Shown one piece after another: positions 53,097-64,000 of a stretch of 64,000 bases of DNA. The stretch spans positions 15,931,596-15,995,595 of the forward strand of contig CM119266.1 in NCBI GenBank assembly GCA_051294375.1, in the 5' to 3' direction. Under the pieces are notes generated by a model. That model made no database searches. It saw only the letters and a list, made by a program, of their open reading frames with translations, and was not told the DNA's origin. How positions within the stretch are numbered: the first letter of the stretch is position 1; the number at the start of each line of letters is the position of its first letter. The position numbers and the translations under genes were made by a program. This DNA comes from Paraspadella gotoi. Lineage: Eukaryota > Animalia > Chaetognatha.

Positions 53097-54721
53097 AGAG
53101 AGAGCAGAGAGATCGAGAGAGAGGATGTAGAGAGAGAGAGTAACTAAATGTTTGGATAAAATACGATATCGAGGTGTTTATTCTTTCTTTTCTATCCTCT
53201 CAGGATCAAAAACTAATTTTCTTAGCTTTTTTTTTAATTTTTTTTGCAAATTATAACCTGACGTTTTAAATTTTTACTGAGCAAGTCACAAGCCTCGTGT
53301 CATTTTAAGCACTTTTTGGAACTCTTTGTCTGTCTGATCTGTTTGTGTTGCATTATCAGGTAAAAAAAAATATATTAGTAGATTAAAACAAACAAGCACT
53401 AATTAATTTTTTATGAGTTTCTGTGAATTGCTTTGATACGACTTTCCTCCCGAATTTATCCGCCCAAACACAACTCAAAATAACTGGAACGACGTTTGCG
53501 CGGCCGAGACTTCGCATCGCATCCAAATCCGGCGAATCGGCCGACCGGAAAAATCCTTTGACCATGAAGATAATCGGATTCTCTGAGGCCGGAAAATTTG
53601 CCGGAAATCTGCCGGTGAAAAAATAAAGGGTCAATCTCTGACGGTAGTTCAAAGTTAAAGAAGAACCGTTGCGTTACCCGCAATTCTCTCTCTCTCTCTC
53701 TTCCGTGACGGCAAATTACATGCAGCGGTTTCAAATTTCTTGGATGCGACCATGGTTGGAGTACTCGGAACGGAGGTGTTCTGGCGCCTGCACCGGGCTC
53801 CGGAGGAGGTCCCCCAATCGCCACCGTAATAATTGAAAGCTCTATTTTATTATAATTACTTTTTTTCCATTTTTATTTCAGAAACCACATTTTTCATGAT
53901 CCTTGATCGTTGCCTTGTTATACTTCGAGATTTTTTCCCCTCTCTTTCATTTTTTTTTTTTTTTCTGCAGCCTTGGTCCCTGAATTCATCATTTTTAGGC
54001 ACGAACAGCATATGTTAATGTTGTTACATGCTTTACTAACTTTTCGTCCAGAAAAATATGAACTTCATTTTTTTTTTTTTAAATAAATAAAAGCATTCTT
54101 ATTCAATACGGAAATGACCAAGCGCAAAAAAAAAAATTAAACTTAAATTTAAATCTCGTGCAATTTTTTTTTTATTCACTCTTGCTCTTAATTCCATTTT
54201 CCTTCCACATTTTTTTTTCATCCCCGTTTTTTTCACGGACTTAATTATGAATTCTGATTGGGACATTTTTACCCCAAATGGGATTTGGGTGCGTGACTCG
54301 ATTGTGAAGTAGAAGAGGAGATAATTAGACATGACGTGATTTGATAAAAACACGATTCTGGTTCGGGATAATGGAAGAAAAATACCAAACGCCCTCTCTG
54401 GTTCTCTCTCTCTCTTTCTCTCTCTCTATCTCTCTCTTTTTTTTTTCATTAGGTTTTAGAATTGAATCAATATTGAGATCGTAAAGTGATGTATTGTAAG
54501 CGTAAAAATTTTAAAGAACCTATCATTTGCATTGTACGAGACAGAAGTATAGACCAAAAAAAGAAAAAAAACTTGACTCGACTTGGAACAGGTGGAGACT
54601 TTAAATTTAACCGCTCGCGCCCCGTCACCTGACATTCTCCAAAAAGATGTTCAAAAGAACCTAAAAAAAAAGATGAAAGGTTTTTCGTCTGCTCGTGTGA
54701 CAGCTCAATTTTCTTCCCTCG

Positions 54722-54922
54722 GATCTCACCTCGTTTCGTCTACGGTCGCCCCCCCCGCGGTTTCGCCGCCCGCCCCCGTTCCCGCACTTTCACTACCCCT
54801 TATTGTGAGCCCCACCCACTTCTAACGTCCGTGTCGCACCTTTGGCGACGAGACCAACTCGATATTTCACTCATTTCTCTCTCTCTCTCTCCTCTTCTCT
54901 TCTCTCTTCTCTCTCATCTCTC

Positions 54923-54958
<36 letters not shown>

Positions 54959-55145
54959 GCCCCCCCTCGCTCGTGAATCACGTGGACGGTGAGACAAGAT
55001 TTTCACTTTCCACGTTTCACTGCCTTTCAATTTTTTTCCGGTTTTGTGACGGGAGGCGGTGATCGTGAAGGAAGAAAGAACCAACGCGAAGTAAGTTTTC
55101 TCTCGAGAGGTGACCCGCTCTTCGTTTCGAGGTGACTCAGTGGGA

Positions 55146-55237
<92 letters not shown>

Positions 55238-56495
55238 GTAAAGGATAACTAGGCGGGGAAAAAATTCCAGAAAAATTTGTGATAATTTATTTGGAAAAAG
55301 AATAACTTAAAATAAAATTATTTTATTATTAGATTGAAAAATTGATATTTGATTATTTTAAAGAGAAGAGTAGACAAAAAAAGAGAGAGAAGTGATAAAG
55401 AGAAGTGGGAAGGAGCGGAGGGGTAGTAAGAAGTTGGGGGAGGGAAATCGTTTTGCCTCGGGGGCCTCGCCGTGTTCCTGACTCCAAGGTAGTCGTTCCT
55501 CGAAGTCATCATATTCTCCAACCGAAAAGTAAGAGAAAAAAAGGGAAGAATGAAAAAAAGGGACAAGGGAAACAACCGACCGCAGATTCTCATTACGGTG
55601 TATCATCGTGGGGAAAAAGAAAAAAAAAAGTAAATTCAATTGTTGTTTCATTTCGTGCATAATTCAAGCTAAATTTTCGTCGCATACCGGCTGACCCCCG
55701 CGGAAAATCTTCTCTCTTTCAAAAAACAAAATTTCGGAAACAAACTCTTGATGAACTCGCAAACTTGGCGTTCCGCTTTTTTCTCTCGAACTCGTGAATG
55801 ATTTCGGTTTGTCCAAAAACACAACAAGCACAAGCACACGAAAGGATACACACCTCTTCACATCCACAACAAAAGGATTTAGATCAGTTTCCTTCAGTAC
55901 AGAGACGGTCCTCTTTATCTAAATTTTGAATATTTATTATCTCAATAGAATGATCCGTTTATTTTACGATTCCAATGAAGATTATATAAGATAAAAATGG
56001 TCACATCTAGACATTTTGTTTTCATTTATTTTGTGTTAAAATTAATAAAAGTGAAGTAATACGAAGTGAACTTTTTCCCATTCTTTTAGTCAATGATGCC
56101 AGTAAAAAGGAATTATAAAAGGACACTCAAGTCCAGATGTGTTTGAAAAACGACTTTAAGGTATAAGGTTTAAAGGCCCAAACTCTGGATTTTTGGAGGT
56201 AGTGTCAAAGATTTTGAAAGAGTTGGAAAAGATCGGAAAGATATTAGTTCCGAAGGCCGCGGAGAAGGCGTGGTGATCGGTGTGTCTGCCGGCAGGGAGT
56301 GATTAAATTAAATTCAGCATTCTCTTTCGGTTTTTAATTGGTCGAACACAGACTCTTGTTTTGCATTAAGTAATAATGAAATAATTTTAATCAAAACTTG
56401 AATACGAGCATTCTCTCCTCTCGTCACCTCCTTTCTCTTCTCTCTCTCTCTTCTCTCCTCTCCGTCTCTCTCTCTCTCTCTCTCTCTCCTCTCTT

Positions 56496-56533
<38 letters not shown>

Positions 56534-56722
56534 TCATCTCTGCCTCGTCTCTCTGCATCTTTCGCCAGCCAGGTTTTTTTTTCTTACGTCGAAATTTTAA
56601 TTAATCGTCGATGATTTTTTTACTCTCCTACCTTTACACATCTTCCCAATTCTCTCTCTCTCGTCTCTCTCTCTCTCTCCTCCTTCTCTCTCGTTCTTCT
56701 CTCCTCTCTCTCCTCTTACTCA

Positions 56723-56753
<31 letters not shown>

Positions 56754-58530
56754 ATCGTTCTCTCCTCTTCTCATCCTTCTCTCTCTTCTTCTCCCCCCAA
56801 GTTTTATCATTTTTCGGAAATCAATATTCTCCTCATTTTCCCGCCATTTCTCTCCCACCCTAGCAACGCGTTTCCTTTTTCCCGCGCGTCCAACATGCTC
56901 AACGAAAATCTTGCTTAATTGCATTACGCGTTTTTTCCATTGATTAGGTCCCTACTGAGATTATCGCATAATCGGTCCGCTTATTCGTACTTCCAACCTT
57001 GTTCCCTCTCGCTAGACCGCTTACTTTCAATCCTCATGCTTACGTGTGTACTGGCTAAGGTTTCCAAAGTCATCGCCAGGGAGATCATGGTATATAACGG
57101 CGATCGCACATTCTGTGGAACCGAGTTATGCAATGTGATACGTCGGTGAATCTCGCAGGCCGTGGCCTCGGCATGAAAACGTTTTGTTCCCAAAATGCTA
57201 TTCGAGCTTCCACTAGGTTGCTGTAAAAGTTATTATCATCCTGGAAATTCCAAGTAAGGATTGGGTAGGGAGCCTCATCGACCGTAGGATTCGACGCCGA
57301 TTTGTTTATTACACACCAATAAGTCTAATGCATATCTCTCGCCTCTCGAGGCAGTCGAGCTCGGGCTAGCCTGTTGAGGAAATCACATGTCTCTGGTGAA
57401 GCGAAGAATTACCACATCGTATTTCCACTCAGAGCCACCGCCCCCGAGATTAGATTACCGGAGAGCGAGGAGGCGATGGCCAGATGTGAAATTGGTTTTT
57501 GGCCAAAAAATTGGTTCATTCCATTATATATTGACTGCTGCCCTCTCCATTTTCAAGAAGCATGTGTTAAACTACTTTCTCATCATGTTTTGGACTATTA
57601 ATTATATTCTGGCTGGCTCGATTTTGACGAGTGAAGAGCCTGCAAAAGTCGCGAGCTTTCAGGGCTCGACAGTAGTGGGTGCCAAAATCCACATATTCTA
57701 ATTATATTGGCATCAGAGTGGACACAAACACATGCTGTCGTCAAATTATATACTCCCTAACAGTAGGTAAATGTCGCGCTCCATTTTGTAAGCATTAGCG
57801 CTGGATTCTCGCGCGTAACGGCCCGTGATTAATGTTCCTGATTTCGTCAGTGCATACGATAACGGTTTGACCAGAGGACTGATTTCAAGTGGTACGACAT
57901 TCGGTCCTAATCATCATGCGGATTGAAAAAGTATTGGTATTATGTTAACTGTGTTATATGACCAGCATCATTACGGGTTGGAGTCACCATGAGAAATCCG
58001 TGGTATATCGATTATCGGATCCTTTTTATATTCATTTAGGGTAAGAGATAAAGATCCCAGTTGGCATATTATAACGCTCGATTTTCGTTGGCGAGGGGAG
58101 GTAGGTGAGGAGGGGGGGAATATGTGGAAGGAACCAAGACGAGATGGGAGTGGTGATAGAAGGAAAATGTGAGGTGAGGCAGAGGAGGCCGGCCGGTTTT
58201 CCGCTTTTCCCTTAATTTGCCATTCTACCTAAGTCCTCGTCCACAACCTTCTTTTAAAGATATTTTCCTCTGAAATCATCTCTTGGCGCATCATTCTTTT
58301 CTTAACTACTTTTCTTCACCAAACTTAACTGGACTCCGAATACTTCCTCACACGAATGTTTTCGAATAGCCAATCTTCTTCGGTTTTCTTTCGGCCCGCA
58401 TCTTCCTTTTTCTTCATTCCTCTTTATTTCCTTCTGACCCCTCTCTCATCCTCCTCCTCTCTCCTCCTCTGGAAAAACGTCCTGTCGTTGTGTCTTCTTA
58501 TTTGCCGACGGAAGTTGGGCGATACCTTCA
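54722..58530 (+). repeat. Copy 1 of a non-coding direct duplication (copy 2 at about 60259..63485)
   Basis: Both copies start ctcacctcgtttcgtctacggtc and end tttgccgacggaagttg(a)ggcgataccttca. There are many indels, and the segment at about 56930-58080 is garbled and longer than its counterpart. Confidence 0.9.
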
Positions 58531-58604
58531 AAGTAAGAGGAAATGAAATATTCTACGTGTGGTGAAAGGAGCGTCTCGGTTCGACGAGAGAGGAGAGAGA
58601 GAGA

Positions 58605-58643
<39 letters not shown>

Positions 58644-58799
58644 GAGAGAGTCTGAATTTCTTCGTGTCCACGGAATGTCGGAGGACGAGAGCACAAACGG
58701 GTTTTTTTGATTCTTATGTTATACATTTTATTTGACAAGACCCCTGATTTCTTTATTCTTCAACTATTTATTTTCGCTCTCCTTATTTTCCCCTTCATT

Positions 58800-59236
58800 T
58801 TGTTATATATATTTTTTTTTTCTTTTTTTTTTTTTTTCTTATTCTTTCTCACTCTCTCTCGCGCTTGATCAACTCGGCTACGCCTCTCTCATCTCTCTTC
58901 TCGATACAGATTCTCTCCGTCTCTTCTCGTCATCTCGTCCTCCGTCTCACTCGCTCTCTCCGGTCCCTACTCCTACGTATTACAGTCTCTGTGTTTCTCT
59001 CTGTCTTCCCCTCCCCTCATCCTTTCCACCTTCCATTTTTCTTTGTCCCTCTCTGCCTTTTTATTTTTTTTTTTTTATTATTTTCTTTTTTCGTCCTAAA
59101 TTTCTTTTATCCCTATTTTCTTTCTTTCTTCTTTTCTTTCTCTCTTTCTTTCTTTTCTTTCTTTCTGTTCTTTCTTTTATCTTTTTCTTCTTTTTTATTT
59201 CTTTTTTTTTCTCTTTCTTTCTCTTTCTCTTTCTTT

Positions 59237-59267
<31 letters not shown>

Positions 59268-59420
59268 ATTTTCCTTTCTTCTTTCTTCTTTCCTCTTTTT
59301 TTCTTTCTTTCTTTTTTCTTTCTTTCTTCTTGTTTTCTTCTTTACTTCTTTACTTATCTTTTTCGACTTCTTTCTTGCTCTCTTCTTTTTTCTTCTCTTT
59401 TCTTTCTTTCCTTTTTTTCT
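58800..59420. repeat. Low-complexity pyrimidine (CT/T-rich) tract
   Basis: Directly visible; it is the source of the F/L/S-rich ORFs 58732+ and 58865+. Confidence 0.85.
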
Positions 59421-59878
59421 GTTCTGTCCGTATTCTCCCTGTTCACTTTGAGCTCAGCAGAAGTTTAACGACCGGACAATCCTTCACTTCCAAGCCTGAC
59501 CATTTGCCTGACCTGGACATCACTTTATTTTCCACAGCAGAGGTCTCCGCCCTGCTCCTTTCCATCGCCAAGCGCCTCGTCCGGCTTTTTTTTTCCTCCG
59601 GCCCCTTTTTTTTCCGCACACCTGCACGCGCTTTTTTTTTCCGGCGGCGAACCCTTTCGAGGCGGCGCTCTTTACGGTTGTCGGTCGGCCGCGGTTACCG
59701 GTAATAATGTGGTCGGCGGAGGGGGGAGGAGAGAGATATATATCTGGTATTGGAGGCGGCCCAAGAGGGCGGGGCGAAACTGGAGGGTAGAGGTCGGCCA
59801 AATGTTTCTCCTTGCGTCGGTCTCCTTAAGGACCCTTTCAACTCGTACTTTTAGTGGCGCGTGCGTGCACGTGAGCGA

Positions 59879-59924
<46 letters not shown>

Positions 59925-59945
59925 AAAGTAGAGAGAGAGAGAAGA

Positions 59946-59985
<40 letters not shown>

Positions 59986-60225
59986 GCGTCGGGTGCGGTG
60001 GTCTCGAAATTTCAAAGGAACGCAAGGTTGAGTGGTGAGTTGGCGAGGCGGGGCCGAGGCAGGAGAGGAGGAGGAGCAAGAGCAACAGCGAGCGGGGACG
60101 AGGCAGGGTAAGGGGGGAAGTTGGGAACGAAGAAAGAGGATCGGAAAGGCACGAAGAGATCGAAGAGGTTAAGGAAAAAGGTAAGTCGAGAACCCGAGGA
60201 AATAGTTTGTTTGACCTTTCCCTTT

Positions 60226-60250
60226 NNNNNNNNNNNNNNNNNNNNNNNNN
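60226..60250. other. Assembly gap (25 N)
   Basis: N run. Confidence 0.99.
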
Positions 60251-60258
60251 CAGAGAGA

Positions 60259-60388
60259 GATTCTCACCTCGTTTCGTCTACGGTCCCACCCCGTTCCCCG
60301 CAACTTAACTACCCCTTATTGTGAGCCCCACCCACTTCTAACGTCCGTGTCGCACCTTTGGCGACGAGACCAACTCGATATTTCACTC

Positions 60389-60440
<52 letters not shown>

Positions 60441-60651
60441 GTCTCTCTCTCTCTCTTCGCCCCCCCCTCCTGTGAATCACGTGACGGTGAGACAAGAAAC
60501 TTTTCACTTTCCACGTTTCACTGCCTTCACATTTTTTTCCGGTTTTGTGACGGGAGGCGGTGATTCGGTGAAGGAAGAAAGAACCAACGCGAAAGTAAGT
60601 TTTCTCTCGAGAGGTGAACCGGCTCTTCGTTTCGAGGTGACTCAGTGGAGG

Positions 60652-60713
<62 letters not shown>

Positions 60714-61972
60714 AGAGAAGAGAGAGAGGGAGGATGTAGTAAAGGATAACTACGCGGGAAAAATTCCAGAAAAATTTGTGATAATTTATTGGAAAAAGAA
60801 TAACTTAAAATAAAATTATTTTATTATTAGATTGAAAAATTGTATATTTGATTATTTTAAAGAGAAGAGTAGACAAAAAAAGAGAGAGAAGTGATAAAGA
60901 GAAGTGGAAAGGAGCGCAGGGGTAGTAAGAAGTTGGGGAGGGAAATCGTTTTGCCTCGGGCCATCGCCGTGATTCCTGACTCAAGGTAGCTCTGTTCCTC
61001 GAAGTCCTATCATCTCTCCAACCGAAAAGTAAGAGAAAAAAAAGGGAAGAATGAAAAAAAGGGACAAGGCCGAAAATACCGAACATCGCGGATTTCTCAT
61101 TACGCGTGTACATCGTGGGGACATAAAGAAAAAAAAAGTAATTCAACTTGTTTTTTCATTTCGTGCATAATTCAAGCTAAATTTTCGTGCATACCCACCG
61201 GCTGACGCCCCGCGGAAAGATTTTCTCTCTTCAAAAAAACAAAAATTCTTTCGGAAACAAATCTCTGATGAACTCCAAACTTGGCGTTCCCGCTTTTTTT
61301 TCGAACTCGTGAATGATTTCGGTTTTCCAAGAAACACAACGAAAGCAACGAAAGGCATAACACACTCTCTTCACAATCCACAACAAAAGGATTAGATCAG
61401 TTTCTTCAGTACAGGCACGGTCCTCTTTATCTAAATTTGAATATTTATTTATCTCAACGTAGATGATCCGTTTTATCTACGATTCCAATGAAGATTAATA
61501 AATATAAAATGGTCAAATCTAACATTTTGTTTTCAATTTATTTGTGTTAAAAATTAATAAAGTGAAGTAATACGAAGCTGACTTTTTTCCCCATTCTTTT
61601 AGTCAAGTATGCCAGTAAAAAGCGAATATAAAAGAGACACTCCAGTCAAGATTGTTTGAAAACGACTTTAAGGTGATGATTTTCCAAGGCCCAAACTCTG
61701 GATTTTGGAGGTAGTGATCAAAGATTTTCGAAAGAGTTGGAAAAGATCGGCGAAGATATTCAGTTCGCAAGGCGCGCGAGAAGGCCGTGGTGATCAGGGT
61801 GTCTGCCCGGCAGGGAAGTGATTAAATTAAAATTCACATTCTCTTTCGGCTTTTTTATTGGTCGAACCACAGACTCTGTCTTGCATTAAGTAAATAATGA
61901 AAATAATTTTTAATCAAACTTGAACTACGAGCAAATTTCTCTCTCTCTGCCTCTTCTCTCTCTTTCTCTCTT

Positions 61973-62007
<35 letters not shown>

Positions 62008-63485
62008 TCTTTTCTCCTCTCTTCCTCCTCCGTCTTCTCTCATCTCCTCTCTCTCTCTCTCTCTCTCTTGACTCGCCTTATCTTTCCCAGCCAGGTTTAT
62101 TTTTCTTACGTCGAAATTTAATTAATCGTCGATGTTTTTCTTACTCTCCTACCTTAATACCATCTTCCCAATTCTCCTCTCTCGTCTCTCTCCTCTCTCC
62201 TCCTCTCGTTCTATCTCTCTCTCTCTCTCGCTGTTCTCCTCCTCTCTCTCTCTCTCTCTCTCCTCTCCTCATCTTCTCTCTCTCTCCTCTCTCATCTTCT
62301 CTCTCTCTCTCCCGCCAAGTTTTATCATTCTTTCGGAAATCAATATTCTCCTCATTTCCCGCCATTTCTCCTCCCCCCTTACAACGCGTTTCCCTGCGTT
62401 TCCTTTTTCCCCCCGCGTCCAAAATCTCACCGAAAAATCTTGCTTATATATTCATTATCTGGACGAAGGCGCTTCCCTTTCGCCCGTCGGCTGCCAGGTT
62501 AGCGCCGGTCGCGTAACGGCGAATCGTCGGGCGCCGGTGTGACCGGATCGTGCCCGGCCGAATGAAGGCGCCATCGACCGTAGAACTTCGCCGAATTTCG
62601 TTATATTAAAATTTGAATCTCGATCCTCGAACATCGATGCTCGCACCTTGAAAAATTGGAAACGAACGCCGATGGGGCCGAGATTAGATTACGGAAGAGC
62701 GAGGAGGCGAGGCAGAGGTGAAAATTGGTTTTGGCAAATGGTTCATTTTTTAAACTTGGTTTTCTTAAACATTTTTTTTCTTTTAAATATTGCAGCAGAT
62801 TCTTGAGAGTGAAGACTGAAGGCTCTTCAGTGAAGAGTGGGTTGAAAAAATAAAATCAAAAAAAGACAAATAAAAAAAGCTGGTACGTCAATATATACCT
62901 ACTAAGTAGGTAATTCGGTACGTACGAACGATTTTCTCCTCTTCGAACGAAAACGTTTGACGAGTCTTAATATTCGGACAACAAACAATAAACGATAAAC
63001 ATTTATAACCTTCGCCGCCGCGTCCCTCGGTTCGCTTCTTCTCACGGCGCCAAAGAAGCAGGAATCAATTTCCGGTTGGCGAGGGGGGGGAAAGAAGGGG
63101 GGAGGAGGGAGAGAGAAGGAGTGGAAGAGGAAAGGAGGGAGGAAAGGAGGCGCGGTTTCGCTTTTCCTTATTTGCAATTCTAACTCCTCGATCCACCAAC
63201 TTCCTTTTCAAAAGATATTTTCTCTCGATCCATCTCTTCGCCACATTCTTTTCTTAACTAACTTATTATCTCACAAACTTAACTCGGACTCGATACTTCC
63301 TCACCCGATGTTTCTAAGCCAATCCTTCTTACGGTTTTCTTCGGCCCCATTCCTTTTCTTCTTCACTCCCTTTATTTCCTTCTAAACCCCCTCCTCCTCA
63401 TCCTCCTCCTCCTCCTCCTCCTCTCGGAAAAACGTCTTCGTTGTCGTCTTCTTATTTGCCGACGGAAGTTGAGGCGATACCTTCA
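60259..63485 (+). repeat. Copy 2 of the non-coding direct duplication
   Basis: Colinear with 54722..58530 and begins immediately after the 25-N gap. Confidence 0.9.
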
Positions 63486-64000
63486 CATTTTAATTATTAT
63501 TCTTAATACGCGCCAAGGTAGAATGATGGCAAATAATTGTTAATATTAAGTTTCAAAAAAATGCGACTAAAAATATAAAAATATTAACCAAAATCTTCGG
63601 AAAATTCACCCCTTCTTTGGAAGATTTTTCGCCATAGAAGATTTTCCTGAATCTGACTCCCGGTTGAAAACTCTTAGAATTCCGATCGTTAGCTCCTCTT
63701 TTACTTTTACTTTAATAAAAATTTCACCAAAATGGACTAATTCACTTTACCATGATCGTATCATATCAAAATAACCTAATAAAATGTAAAGAAAAAATTT
63801 TGAGAGCCCTTCAGACACTTTGCAAAAAGGAATCCAAAATTGGACCTCATTTGTTGAACGGAATACCTCAGTCACAATTTATATTGTTTTCAAAGGAAAA
63901 AAATCCTTTTTATTTCTACTATAAAAATCAGAGATGGAAAATTTTTCCGTCCAAGAAGGCAGTCTATTTGTTTCGTTGGTTTTATCATGTTTGATGATGA

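Noticed and set aside
59454-59523. Possible minus-strand C/D box snoRNA (GTGATGT...CTGA, 70 nt)
   Set aside because: Imperfect C box, no terminal stem, no recognisable rRNA guide, and it lies in unreliable sequence.

Overview
Eukaryotic DNA, most likely from an invertebrate animal: GT-AG introns, abundant (GA)n microsatellites and scaffold N-gaps, from a partly unpolished assembly. (1) Positions 1-14891 are one giant inverted repeat with two arms of about 7.4 kb and a 135-bp spacer. Each arm carries a 4-exon gene for a secreted C-type lectin-EGFx3-VWA protein, intact on the right arm and frameshifted on the left. (2) Positions 15225-17858 hold two tandem minus-strand paralogues with matching intron phases: signal peptide, a CGYSC Cys module and an F-type (fucose) lectin domain. 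One has the exact fucose-binding motif and the other has lost it. (3) About 15 kb of non-coding DNA follows, with a tRNA-derived SINE and a nuclear-receptor site cluster. (4) Positions 32936-40136 encode a PCDH15/Cad99C-type cadherin with about 16 EC repeats instead of 11. The five extra repeats sit at the EC9-10 linker and lack canonical Ca2+ motifs; this is the most interesting biology I can see here. (5) Positions 43122-63485 are mostly indel-riddled direct duplicates near 25-N gaps, most likely gap-filling artefacts. Gene models were spliced and translated by hand, and homologies rest on remembered family motifs, not on database searches.
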